DNA of 64,000 nucleotides. Origin: Takakia lepidozioides (Eukaryota; Plantae; Bryophyta). The notes beneath the pieces were generated by a model, which was given only the letters and a program-made list of their open reading frames with translations, had not been told where the DNA came from and searched no databases. The stretch covers positions 35,650,001-35,714,000 of the forward strand of contig CM060734.1 of NCBI GenBank assembly GCA_030704615.1, written 5' to 3'. The stretch's first letter is position 1, and every line of letters starts with the position of its first letter. Positions 50,239 through 63,800 of the stretch are shown piece by piece. Made by a program: the position numbers and the translations under genes.

Positions 50239-50759
50239 CTTGGATAGAGGTAGTGGGGCATGACAGTGGTGAGGTTGACAAGTGATCCAAGGTCTAGCTA
50301 ACGGGAGTTCAATGCCATGGACACCCAATTGAAGCCATGGATTGCAGGAAGGCGAGTAACGATGGGGCTATATTTATATTTTGTGTGTTGGGACTTCATT
50401 TGGTCTCACATGCCAAGTGAGGTGTCGAGCCTCACTTGGGATATGGGGATAGGTTTTTCCCTTGTGAGGATGGAGGAGGCTCATCTTCTTGTAGTTGAGC
50501 CTCCATGAGCCTCTCTCACCTCCATAGCTCTAGGTATTGAGAGGGGGTGTGGTGAGGGCTTTGTAGGGTGGATTCCCTTAGCAAGGGTGCCCTTGGCTTG
50601 ACTTAGTTTATGTGATTGAGTGGATTCATGAGTGGAGGGTTTCCATTATGTTCACTTTCATTATCATTGTGGTATAGCTTTCGAGGACAGTGTGCTTAGA
50701 TTGTGTGGTGGACAGCGATATATGTTATGGCACGATGCTTAGGTGCACAACAGCCATTA

Positions 50760-50943
50760 TGGTCGTTGGCGCATTTTGAAGTGTTTGAATTCTAGGGTGG
50801 ATAGGGCAAGTGCAGTGCCAATTGCATGCTGTGTGTTGCACAATTATTGTCAGATGTGGGGCATGCCTAAGCCAAGGAATGGTGGAATTAGAGACAATTT
50901 GGCAGATTTTCGTGGACAGATTGCCCATCCTAAGAAAAGGTGA
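50760..50943 (+). mobile_element. PIF/Harbinger transposase C-terminal fragment
   Basis: GRWRIL...IACCVLHNYC motif. Confidence 0.75.
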
Positions 50944-52084
50944 AGCGGCAAAAGTAGGAGGCGAGATAATGAGAGAGAAACTGCACACACAATGGTTTAT
51001 TGACAACCCATGCGAATAAAATTGTTTGAATAGCAACCATGAATCCATACTTCATAAATTCTCGACATTCTACAACCCCAAATGTTAATGCAGGTCACAG
51101 TATGAAGAAAAACAAAGTACTTCAAGCTCCACCTCGGTTTTCTAGGAATAACTTCTTGTGTTCTTATTCAATTGATGTGAAACAACATCCCAGAGCTAGG
51201 GCATCAACCTAGCTTTCCAACAAGCCATCACACGCCCATACTGCAAAACTTTTCAATATTCTACAACCCCAAATGTTAATGCAGGTCACAGTATGGAGAA
51301 ATACAAAGTACTTCAAGTTCAAGCTACTTTTTTCTTGGCATAACTTCATGTCTGTGCTCATTGTTACTAAACACACTCATAAACCACAACGAATTAAGCA
51401 CATCAAGTGCTACCACCCACGGAGGATCCGCCTGAACCATCGTTTGGCTTTAACACATCTGCAAACAAAGCGGCCATGTGAAGGTGGGTTGGCCAACTCC
51501 CGACATGTTTGTTCGCTTTGAAGAATCTGCGAGGTGACTCTCTCGGTCATGGCCATCTTAAGCGTCTCCATCTCTTTGATCAATCCCCTCCCCAAACTCT
51601 TTTATGGCACTTGCAATGGTAGTTGAACCTCCAGACAAACGTCGTTTATTTGAATTTGGACGACCTTGCACATCTGGCAACTTCAAAAACAAAATCTGCC
51701 TGTCAAAAGAAAGGCAATGAGAAAAAAATGCCTGTCACCGTGAAAGTTTAAAAAAAAAAAAAATCCTGTCAAAAGAAAGGCAAAAATTTCTGATAATTAG
51801 GGGTAATTTTATTACTAAGTCCACCTAGGAGAGGCTCACAAAGCCTGAAAGGTACAAATTATGAATAGAGAATCTGCCAGAGATTACTGATAGGTATTAG
51901 CAATTTTATTAGGAAGTCCACCTAGGAGAGGCTAAAAAAGGTACAAATTGTTAGTAGTTATTGTTCATCTTACTAGTAAGTCCACCTAGGGAGGCACTGC
52001 GGGCTGCCCTTCTTTGTGTTTCAAAGCCTTAAATCTCTAGGCTCTCCCTTTTTGTAACGTGTGCGTGCTCCAGCCTCCATTCTT

Positions 52085-52300
52085 AGTGTTTTTTTTTTTC
52101 TTACAAAGGTGTTGAGTAGACGGATATTTGGCTCGAATCCATTTTGGTTAATGTGGGCATGCACTTGCTTTCCCGTTTCTAGGTCTTTACTCTTGATACA
52201 CCCTTGTAAAATGCACAATTAAGTACTGGAGTCTGGCGGCCAAAATGAATTGCTGGTTCAAAACGTGTAGTGCTTATTTTACTTGTTCTCCCTTACACGG
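52085..52300 (-). pseudogene. N-terminal PLS PPR fragment
   Basis: CILQGCIKSKDLETGKQVHAHI..GFEPNIRLLNT. Confidence 0.7.
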
Positions 52301-53441
52301 TGTACCCACAACCACAACAGTTCCAGAAAAATTCTTCTTGAGTCCCTCTCCTGTTTCAAATGCATCTGTTGTGGAGGAGGTGCCATATTCAAACAACTGC
52401 ACCTAATTCGACACGGCCATCCTGCATGACTCAAAATCTTTACTTACAAATTTACAATCAACTGGCATATTGTATTTCCTAGCTCATTGATAAGCCAAGA
52501 AAATATCTCTCAAAGAAGAGAGCTTGGGGCTACGTATGAAGAGGTTAAAAATGCTAAAGTCTTTTAGTTAGAGAATAAGTGGTACAAATGCTACATGTTC
52601 GGGTTGGAACCCATGAAAATAGTGAAGACAATACCATATGTATTCACGGACTGGAGCATCACTAATTGTAGTTGTAAGAAGTTCACACTTTTCATTTTTT
52701 GTTTTAATTTCATATGACAAAATTGTGTGAAAGGTCAAAAATCTGTCAACCTGTCATGTTAAAGGCATTTTCTCAAAGTTGTCTGTCACAGTGAAAGTAA
52801 AAAAGAAGAAAACCTGTCACAAAAAAGGTAGGGCTACCTGTTCAAAAAACAACACTGATGAGTCATGTGCGCACTGTAAGTGACAAGGACTCACCGCACT
52901 GATAGGGATATCCGCTCAGCTCGGTCACTCGGCTTTACAAGCCGGTACGCCAGATAAAATAAGATAAAAAACTTATCTCATGTTAAAATGAAAGTCGTTT
53001 TCACGTTAAAAAATGTTATAGCTTGCATGTTGTCCGCTGGGTCCCCCCGGGCTGATCCGCTGGCTGATTAGCCTTTGCCCGCACCCCCAGGTGACGTTGT
53101 CAAGAGCAGTCTCTATCTTGTTTGTTTGTTTCCCACTGGGCCCACAGCCACGCGGCGAGTCGGCTGAGTTTGTGTGTTTGGGAAGGATTGTGGGGGCAGA
53201 TAGTTTGTGCAGATCCGACTTGACCCTGATTTAGCAGACCAGAGTGGCGGGAGCAGTGAGGCGGTGGTGGGCGAAGGGGCCATGTTGGTAGCTTCACATT
53301 TGATCGTGTGAGAAGAGAGTGTTGCGGGGGAGCAGCATTGCAGAGTTTCTATGGATAACCGACAGGTTGTGTTCGACTGGTGATCGTGGGTGTGTTTGAA
53401 GAACGGACATTGCTTAGGCTTGGTCTTGGGGGGACATCACA

Positions 53442-55196
53442 ATGGGACGCACCACTCAAATTGCTCGCATGTCGACTGGGGGCCCAGTGGGGCGCAAGGA
53501 GATTACTTCCCGTCCCGTGACAGTAAGTAGGATATACCTCTCTCCTGATATGCCAGAGCTTTGGATTGTCTGAACAGGAACTTTTGTTCCATTCATTTAG
53601 ACATTTCAGAGAAGAGGAGACCAGTTTGTGGTTGAATGCAAATGTGGCACTCCCTAACAACTGTCGCAGGTAAACGCATTCTACCTGTATCTAGGATGTT
53701 GAGGATGACTCTTTTGCTTCCTCCCTGCGTCTAAATTTTTTCGTCTTTCATGTACATGGCCCACCCGTTGATTATTTGCTTAACTTTTCAATGCTTATGT
53801 GGGAGTCAGAATTCACCGTGGAAGTCAGATTGCAGACGTTTGACAGCAGTCCTGGAAAAAGCAAATAAGGTACACTCCTTCCTGACTCTTTCGTTCTCCA
53901 TCAGCCCTATTCCTGCCCTCTTCACCGAGGTAACAGATTCAAGCTTGTTTTAATGTGGTTTGCGTACTGTGAATAATGATAGGAGGTGGACAATCTCAGA
54001 AAAACTAACAAGAAACTGCGAACCCACGTTAGGGGATTGTGGAGGATTCATAAGTCTCGGAGGGCCACTTGGATGAGGCTGCTCCGACAAGCCTCAAAAG
54101 TATGTTGCGCGCTCTCACTCTTCTTTTCCCTTGCAACAGTATGAGAACGGCTAGAATTATCTAGAACTAAGCGGAATCTCGTTATGCGTTGTGGGACTTC
54201 GTCAGCCGTGTAAAGCTACAATTGCACTGGAATTTTGATCCGATGGCTCATATATCGTGTTGGGCCATATGCCCACAAGGCTAGCTCAAGCACAACTCAA
54301 AAAATTCAATAATGGGACCCAGCGTTTGAGCTCAGCCTCAGACTCCAGTCTTACAGGACAACTTCATCGACAACGCAGTGATTTGCACAATGTAGTGTGT
54401 CCACCCTGTTCACATTTTCCTCTTTACTCACCAAACATTATTCTCTGCATGACTTATCAGGGTTTGGTGGGTTTGACAGTCGGGTCGCTCAATCTTGGGG
54501 TTGAGAGGCAGATGGTGGGAGCATAGGTTTCTCAGGTTGCGCCATGCAAGCAGTGGATATGGAACTTCCTTTCTTTACCTCCTGCCCCTGCAGATAAGGG
54601 GGATACCACTCTAATACCCTGGCAGCATTTTCATCCGAAGACCAAAAATGCTTGACCTTCACAAAGGGCTCAGCTTCGTGCAAGGATTTAGGCCCTGGTT
54701 TCGTTCATTTATCTGTTTTTGATATGGACTTTCCGCAGATGTTTTTGGGTATCTTTTTCTCCCCATTTTGTCTTTCCCTTCCTTGTATGTTACTCTAGCT
54801 TGAAGTTGGTATTTTGAAGGATTCTGTCCAACATTGTATCAATATTCGCAGGTGCATGATCATCTTTTAAGACAGAATGTGAAGGTTGTGGCTGAACATG
54901 TAGAGGAGAAGGCGACGTGGGTGGAAGCATTGCAGGAGGCAACAAAAGTGGCACAGGAATCAGGCTGTGTAGTGTGTTTCCAAGAGATTGGTGGGATAAA
55001 ACCAAAGAAGGGATCCGTGACAAGGCAGGTTAAAAAACCCGACATACGGAAAAGAGCATGTCTCATCCCATGCAATCATGCGAGTTTCTGTACTGACTGT
55101 GCTTCCAGGGAGTGGAAGACAAGTGGCAAGTGTCCCCTGTGCAACATTAAATTGACTAAAAAGCCCTTAACACTTCCGACTATGATCCATTTTTAA
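53442..55196 (+). CDS. Histone-H3-tail-like / coiled-coil / RING-HC protein; model join(53442..53522,53578..53669,53836..53869,53983..54099,54852..55196), ~222 aa
   Basis: ACAATGG start and in-frame GT-AG splices (first intron only 55 nt; extra exons in 54100-54851 possible). Intact RING CVVC..PCNH..CTDC..CPLC in the last exon. Confidence 0.6.
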
Positions 55197-55741
55197 CTCC
55201 TTTTGTCTGAGAGGAGGGCAAAAACAAAGACCAGCTTGGGCTTTTACGAAAGGTCACCTTCCCCCCTAATCCAAACCCTGCAAAACAAGTTTAGACAGAT
55301 GGAATCAAAGCATTTGTAGGCAGAATTGCGGGGTTGCACCCTTATGTTCAATTAACGCCTGGAGACATACAAAAAGAGGCCGCATTGGCAGGTGTAGAAG
55401 CAACATAGGATTTAGCATTCGCGATTGTGTGCGGGGATCCAAGCTGGGTGACCATCATGCACATGCTGATTGGTATGGGTAGCCCAGGTTTGCTGCAAAA
55501 AAGGTGAACCAAAGCATCTCCTCTACATTGTTAACTATTTACATTAGGATTCCATTCGATCTCTTTGAATGTTCAATTTTAGCCCCAATTTCGGGACTGC
55601 CAACTAGGTCTAGGATCTTTTGCACACTGTGCAAGCAGCGTATGATACAGCCCACCCTCAGAATTGGGCAGTAGTCGCAAGACGAACTAGCTCTTAGCTA
55701 CACCGGCTTGAGCCCCGGAGTCTTCTTCTGCATGCCGCTCC

Positions 55742-58491
55742 TCACCTAGCCAACATAAACTTGCCATCTTGCTCTATCTTGGACTCTAGTTCCGAGGGCT
55801 TGGCAACGCATTTGACAGGCAGAGTAGCGTTAGGGCTGGTGATGACAGCCGACACATCGGAATGACGAAGTTGGCTCGTGTTGCTTGCGTTGCCCGCAGG
55901 GCACCGTTTGTTAAGCCATTGGATAATGTCCCTGAACACGAGGTCTATATTCTCGTCCGGCTCTCCGGAGGTCAAGCCGTGCCACATGCCTGGATAGAGT
56001 ATTAGTTCCTTGTCAAAGCTGTTGGCTTTCTCATATAGCTCTTTACTACATTGTGGATCATTAACTTGGTCATCTTCTCCATGCACCACAAGAAATGGCA
56101 AGGTCACCTGTCAGATTCATATCCAATATGCAGTTAAAACACGCTCTGCCTCACTCACTGGCGCAATCTTAAAATGATATTTCTCTCCTTATGTGAGGAA
56201 GTGTATCGCAAATAAGGATTGTGGACGCCAACAAGTCCGCGAGCAGATGCAAAAATGTTTCCATCGTCAACCAACAAGCTGGCTCATTGCTCATACCTCG
56301 TCAAGCCGTTTTTCGAGGTCCGAACTGACATCCAACAGCTCCGCTGCAGTCTTCAATCGTGGTCTGTCTTGGTAAATATAAGGATTTGCTCGAATCTGCC
56401 AGACACCCATTTCTCATTAGTTCTGATACACATGAGAGTAATCCTCCAGATTTATCAATTGTACATCTTCGTAAGTCCAGATGCAAGCAGTCCCGTATTA
56501 TCAACAAGGTTTCTGTTAGTAAGCACTAAAATTTGTCATTTCTTTGCAACCAACAGTGAAATTTGTACCTCTTCTCTTTTCAGAAGATCTTTGAACGCGC
56601 TATCGATCACGTTTTTGGTTGGAACTATTTTCCAGGTCGGAATATAGTTCGCCAACTTCTTCAAAATGTTTACCACTATTGCAGGTGGCTTCAGCTTCTC
56701 AGATATCTGCAACACATGTGAAGATCAATCTTCCGTCCTTCGGCACCATCGGCTCCATATCTCAAATACTGACGCGTACGTAGACTCCAAGTATAACAGA
56801 TCAGTACATAACCGTACCTTACACATGGGGGCAACCAGCACTGCACCATTCCACTCATGTGGTTCTTTTCTATGGATACGGAGTGCCACTGCCCCGCCCA
56901 TGGACTCTCCATACAGAAACCTGGCCTTGTTTTTGTACTCCTCTCTCTCTGCACAACATACATACACATGGACTTTACACATGAACGAGCTTCTTCAAGA
57001 GTGCACGTCTCCTTATCAACTTCGCTCAAGTGACAATATCCATATGTTAGAACAACCGAAACTTGCAGCCGCATTAAATCCACTCCACGCAATTTAAATG
57101 ACTCCACTGAAACTTTGTGAGAGGATCAAGGATTATGAGCCAGAGGAAAGTGGTTACCTCTCACATCTCTGAAAAAGCTTTGACAATCATCCACCAGGTT
57201 TTGAAAGTTTTCAATGTAACTCCATAGTCCCTCCGACTTCCCATGCCCCTCGTAGTCAATGCCAAACACTGCATAGCCTGCTTGCGCAAGCCGCACGCCC
57301 GTATCTGTGGCACAGTGCACGTATGTACATAAGTTACGAGGAATGGATACACATTTACTCAACCTAGTGCAGATTTGCAGGGTTTCATTGTAAAAAACTT
57401 GAAATCAAGGTCAATGTTAGAAGCTGTTTTCTGAACAAATTGTCGTTCACTCGCATAAGAACCTATACATGTCACCTTGATTTCGACGACCATCACCAAT
57501 TTGTGAGGTTTTTCTCGATATCCGGGAACGAAAGTTCGTACAACTATTCCACTTATGAATGTCGATAGGAAGCAAACGATCCTGCAGCAGCTTCTGAAAT
57601 AGTCTAATGTACCTACGGGATGTTGGATTTCGTGGAAATTTTAGTTACCTTTCATGAATACACTCGTCTCCATGGAATATCCTGAATCCACAGACACAAA
57701 CACATTATGTAAAAGACCAGTTGACATATATATACACACTCAACTCCATGATGATTTGTAGACTCTGAAGCTGGTAATTTAAAATCAGCTGACAGTCTAC
57801 GTTTATGAATGTGGATTAATCACCACAAGCCTAACTGGTCATCCCCCAGGGTCATCAAAACCCAAGAAAATACCGTGGCACAGGAACACGAGCGCCTTCA
57901 GTTCCTGACAAGCAGGAAGCCATCGACAGGTAAACAGCTTCACGCCCCTTGAGTTCCGTATGAATTCCTGCAAAGTAAACTGTAATCTTAGTCCCATGAT
58001 ATCAGATCCATCTTACATGTACTAACTATCCATCACGAGTAAGATCTGTAATTCGAGTTCGTAGCCTGTATAATTCTAGTACGAAATTCTCAACATAGCA
58101 TGAACATGTGTAAGCAGCACCCTCGGCTCGAAACTATGCAAACATCCCTTTGTTCAAGTGCTGCTGTACAGCTGCAGATCGACACTGTGTAATGAGGTAA
58201 CTTGGAATGTGATGGCTCGGCTCCATGACGCAGCATTATAATGTCACGTAAGTGGTCTTACAACAATACGCTTCTGAGTGTGCCTGCTTTTGTCTCGAGA
58301 AGCTGTCACACTAGCCTAAGCACTAACTACTTGAGGCAGTTATGCAAAGCCAGTTTCAATTTGCGCCGGGGACCATCCATAAAAGGTGGACCTAAAAGTT
58401 AAAAGTGGAACGCTCAAGATTGAGTAGGACTGAAACGTAAGGAAAATGCACATACCTCTCCATACTTGATTCCAGCAAAACTGTCTACCAT
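55742..58491 (-). CDS. Monoacylglycerol lipase / caffeoyl shikimate esterase-like alpha/beta-hydrolase (8 exons)
   Basis: MVDSFAGIKYGE, NSRGVKLFTCRWLP, LCHGY, DYEGHGKSEG, GESMGG nucleophile elbow, LVVHGEDD, YPGMWHGL; canonical splice sites. Confidence 0.93.
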
Positions 58492-60005
58492 TTCTTCATA
58501 TTTCTGCACAAAACAAGTTCAAGGAACTCAGATCACTGGACGTGTAGCTGAAGAGCTCGCTTTCGGATGCAGCGACAATTGTCAATGTCATCCACTGGAC
58601 AGTGTCGACTCAACTTTACGATCTCTGCACACCAGATCTCATTGCGGACCGCTGTGCCTCTCTCCTACACGCTCTTTACTCTTCTGTCAGCGCTGTAAGG
58701 TTCATTGTTTCATTCCTCTTCGTATTACAGCAGAACACAGGCCTCTGGGAAACAAGTAGGAAAACTCCCAGGGAAAGGGAGCTGCAACCATCTACTTACC
58801 GTCATATCTCCGGCAACCGGAATCGGCTTCTCTGTCTGTGCAACTGTCCCACGCCAATCTGTAGATCAGGATACGAAGAGAGATAATCGAGCAAAGAAGG
58901 CCTCGGCGAACTGCTAGAAACAGAATTCTACTAATATTGGTTTTCGACGTGAACACGCTAACTTATGTAGAACTCCTGGGCAGCACAACAAAGCAGCAAG
59001 CCATTGCAAGTCAACGGCTGAGGGGTGATGCGACTTTGCGGTGGCTGTGACACGGATACGAGTTATCTTGTTTGTGTTGTGCATGAACGCGAATAATTAG
59101 CACGAACCTCCAATCCTGGTCCGCAAAGCGAAGAAGACCGACTTTTGAGTGACTTCCATGACTGCATCACCCCTGATATATATACTCTACTCTTTCGGGA
59201 AAGACCGCGCGGCGGCACTTGTCACATCACGCCGACGTCTGCTGCGAGGCCTTGGGCCGCAGACCTAGATGTTCCTACACACACTCTTCTCGACCTTCCA
59301 GAGCCGCCACCAGCACGACCATCCGTCCCTATCTTCTTCTCATTGCTTTTTACTTTCTAATGTGGGGCAGCCACAAAGCTATTATTAACCCCTCAATCAT
59401 CCGGGTTTGAATAAAGTAATTCAACCCTTGTACCTTTTTCTTTTTTTTCCTTTTTTTGTGACTTTGCTGGATGTTAAAATTCTAACTTGGTTCCTTATGC
59501 AATTTGGTTCCGACCTGTTCCAACTGGAAGCATGTCATTTGGATGATTCTTGCCACGTTTAGAGATTGAACAGGTCAGAGGCCACGTGGTGGGTGAGGAA
59601 ACAGTTCATGTCACTTGGGGGTTATGCCAGATTTGGAGGCAGTCTATTTTTTGAGATGCCATATTATGGGAGGCACCTAAAAACACCTACCGTACAAAGC
59701 AGTAGGCTACTGGCATTTCCATCATTTGATAAAAAAACAATGAGAGGGGAATACCCGCCTGCGCGACCGATCATCACTGATCAGGCCTCTTTATTATAGC
59801 GAGAGGAGACATAACCTGTGTCGTTAAGAACCGGGGCTGATTTCTCTTCCTTAATATCATTTCATTGTACAGCGTAATAACCAGCCATCAGTACAAGGGC
59901 AATACCAAAAAGTATAATGCACGTGTCGATTATACTCTGTGGAACGCACACTTCCGACATTTCTGACGATGAAAGGAAAAAGAAATCATTCCATTTTTTT
60001 CATGC

Positions 60006-60850
60006 AGAGGAAGGCCCCTGTGTCGGACCCCCCTTGAATTTTATGCCCCTTGGATTTTACCGCCTTTGGGCCGGGGCGTAAAATTCAAGGAGCGCCCTCC
60101 ACTCCGGGCGCCCTAGACTGAGGGCCTTCCTCTATACGTAAGGTAATAAGAGGAAGACCCCTTGTTCAGGCGCCCCTTGAATTTTATGCTCCTTGGATTT
60201 TACCGGGCCCTTGGCCCCGGGCAGAAAATTCAAGGAGCGCCCTCCACTCCGGGCGCCCTAGACTGAGGGCCTTCCTCTATACGTAAGGTAATAAGAGGAA
60301 GACCCCTTGTTCGGGCACCCCTTGAATTTTATGCTCCTTGGATTTTACCGGGCCCTTGGCCCCGGGCAGAAAATTCAAGGAGCGCCCTCCACTCCGGGCG
60401 CCCTAGACTGAGGGCCTTCCTCTATACGTAAGGTAATAAGAGGAAGACCCCTTGTTCGGGCGCCCCTTGAATTTTATGCTCCTTGGATTCTACCGGGCCC
60501 TTGGCCCCGGGCAGAAAATTCAAGGAGCGCCCTCCACTCCGGGCGCCCTAGACTGAGGGCCTTCCTCTATACGTAAGGTAATAAGAGGAAGACCCCTTGT
60601 TCGGGCACCCCTTGAATTTTATGCTCCTTGGATTTTACCGGGCCCTTGGCCCCGGGCAGAAAATTCAAGGAGCGCCCTCCACTCCGGGCGCCCTAGACTG
60701 AGGGCCTTCCTCTATACGTAAGGTAATAAGAGGAAGACCCCTTGTTCGGGCGCCCCTTGAATTTTATGCTCCTTGGATTCTACCGGGCCCTTGGCCCCGG
60801 GCAGAAAATTCAAGGAGCGCCCTACACTCAGGGCCTTCCACTACACGTAA
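60006..60850. repeat. Tandem array of ~6 x 145-bp fold-back units
   Basis: AGGAAG anchor at 60008, 60151, 60296, 60441, 60586 and 60731; near-identical units. Confidence 0.97.
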
Positions 60851-63800
60851 GAGAGTAACCTTGCCATAAGTCGCAGAGCACAAGGCTCGGGGAAACCGCC
60901 CAATGACTGGAAACAACGATTTTAGGAAGTTGGGGGAGAAACACGCAGCGAAAATCAAACAGGCCGTCAATTGGTACAGCTGGCCAATGTAAGAAATCCA
61001 TGTTCTCAAAAACCAAAAATGAAAAATATCCCAATTAAAATAACATAATCTACCAAATTTCACGGTGAAATGGGCTCACTTTTGGTGAGGGGATGGAGGT
61101 GCCACACAGGCAGTAATGTCTACCTTCAGTTTTCTGGATGATTTATGGTACGTGGAGTTTGCTTGGCGGACTCAACAAGTAACAATCTCGGCCAGTTTTA
61201 TTTTATATTTTATATTTAAAAAAATAAATGAACAGGGGGATAGCTAGCTTCTGTTTCACACGAGGAAAAACATTAGGAACGAAACTATGAAAATAACCCG
61301 ACAACAGAGGCCGCCTGCGCTCTAGAATCAGAATTTAAAAAACAAATGAAGCTGGGCATGTAACGTATTTAGGTAAAGGCAATGCAGCGAGAGCCGCCGT
61401 GACGAGTGGCAAGTTGTATTATTTTTGGGAATTCCACAACAAATGGCCGGCATTACCCAACGGAATTAACACATGTCAACACCATAAAAATAGCCAAGTA
61501 GTGGACCAATAGCGAAGTCAGACATGAAGCAATAGTCAGCCAAAGATTCCACAAGATGATCCAATGGTCCAGATCAGACGATCCAGTGAATGTTGAGCAC
61601 CATCCAATTACGATATCTTCAAATCAGATGTGGAGTGTCGTGTGTGCAAAATGATTCGATGATGAATGGTAAGCGGTTATGTATTAGGGAATAGGCATTG
61701 GCTGGCGATTCCCCTAAAATAACACCACTCGCGACGAAAGTGGAATTAGAAGCTATGCATGTATCTTTTCATTTTTATTATTATTAATTATGCCGATTGG
61801 TTGGTGAATTCTCTAAAATAATCCCACTCGCCACGGAAGATTCGTCGATGGCCATTGGGAGGCTATAATTCTCTGAAATACTGTGTAGGATTACTTTAGG
61901 GATTTGCCACCAACGGTTATTATCCAACGTAATTGGCTAGTGCGAGACTTATGATATCAACACCAGAGAAATAGCCAATAGACGAATCAAAAAAATTGAG
62001 CAATAATCAGGCCCCAAGACGTCCAAATCGTAGGAGTCACGGAATGTTGAGTAGGTACTAGCCAAATACGAAAAAGACAATGGACCGATAGACAATGTTA
62101 GCTTAGCTAATTAAGGGCTTAATTCCCAAAAAAGATTGCTGGGGAAGGACCCACTGTTTTCAATACAAACCCTTGCCACCCCAACTCTACGGCAACCAAC
62201 GGAAGGTAAACACCTTCATTTATGAAACTTATGAAGTTTTGAGCCCACAACCAAGCGGTTTCTTTTTGGAAATTTGGAAAACAGCACGAGTGGCTATTGA
62301 GTTTTGCAGGAAATAGCAATATATTCTGTTCATCCACTGAAATTTGGATAGAATCATCTTCCTTTATACTTTCATCCATTTCTATCATCTATATTTGGCA
62401 AATTCATCCATAATTTATTTTTTATTTGGAGAAGTTTGGCGATTTCATCCATTTTAAAACAGAGAATTTTGACAGAATACTCCATTTTATTTTTTGTGGT
62501 CGAAATTTGGTGATTATTCGCCACTAAAAGAATGGCTGCCACAAGCACTGACTAGTGAAATGATCAAGTTATGCCCTAACCATTCGGTTATCTATTCGAT
62601 GTCACCCACTTATAAATACTAGGGTTGCTCGTGGCTGCGCACACAATGTTCAAGTTTTTTTTTTTAAAAACTTTTATAAGTTAACTAATTAATTTTGGTG
62701 AAAGTAAAGTTCTACAGCCACGGGAATCAAAAACTACTATCATCTATAGACTTACTCCTTCACTATGGTTCAGTCACCAAGCAAAGATCTCTCAACTGTC
62801 CAGTTTTCGAAACCCTCCGAGGCTCAACTCTGTGGCACTTATGGAAGGCAAGCTGCAAAAAACGTTCTCTGGGGAATTACCTCCACCATCTCTGTCCTCC
62901 TCTCTAATGTTTTTTATGATGTGGGTGTTAAGTCGCGTAAAGCGCAGTCTAACACGTGTGCAGACATCAAGCGGAATTTGAGGAATGCTTCAGCCATCCA
63001 TGCAACCTTCCAAAACACCTTGGGCATCCAGGGTCTTAGGTATCTGCAATAGCGGGCCGAGCTCCCTCCCCTATGCTGGCGTTATCACCGAGCGACCCTC
63101 CACAGTTGAATTGAGCGCGAAGTTAATTGGAAGCACTTGAAACCTTCCACTAAAGCCGTGGCTTCATTACATATAGAGTAGCTCTGCTGTTAGAAAGGTC
63201 AATGTCAAATCTCTTGCCATGACTCTTCCACATTCCATTTCGAAAACAAAACCTTATAATGATAAGTTCCTCTAGGTCACCCCATCGGGAGTTAATCCCA
63301 TATGTTATTTTTTTGGGATGCCATTTCCAGACAGTGTGGCCAAAGTCTTTAGTTCTTTCTCAGGCTCTCGGAGGTCCTGTTCACGACTTCACTGATTACG
63401 GCGTGTGTGCCTCATGGTGTAACAAGGGTTTTAATTTTTTTTCCCCAAAATGATTTCACATAGAGATTTCATCAGGGCCACTGTCCCCTGTTCCTAAAAA
63501 TAAATAAATAAATAAATAAGTTTCAAAGGGCTGCCTCCCCTTTCTCAAAAAAAGAAAAAAAAAGAAAAAAAGGAAAAACATTCAATCAACTAAGTGTATT
63601 GTATTTATTATAGAGAAAAACATTTCGGCTAGAGCTGAAGCCACTTCATTTTATGGCTACTCTTCATTTCAAGGGTGGATTCTATAAAGGTTTTATAAAT
63701 CAGAATCTTAACAAGTAAATTTCAAATTCTTAAACATAGAGACTAAATAGATTTACATACATCTAGTATCTATTGTAGAGTTTGTTGAAGTGTATTTATA

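Larger units (their letters stand above)
40341..50666 (+). mobile_element. Ty3/Gypsy LTR retrotransposon with DNMT and PHD domains (gag-PR-DNMT-RT-RH-INT-PHD), decayed, 3' LTR truncated
   Basis: 40360-40663 is repeated at 50370-50666; internal domains are in Gypsy order (see sub-features). Confidence 0.9.

Noticed and set aside
53442-53573. Histone H3 or CENH3 gene/pseudogene
   Set aside because: Similarity stops after ~20 residues and no histone-fold sequence follows in any frame I could read.
60006-60850. CRISPR-like array
   Set aside because: The whole unit repeats, there are no unique spacers, the context is eukaryotic and no cas genes are present.
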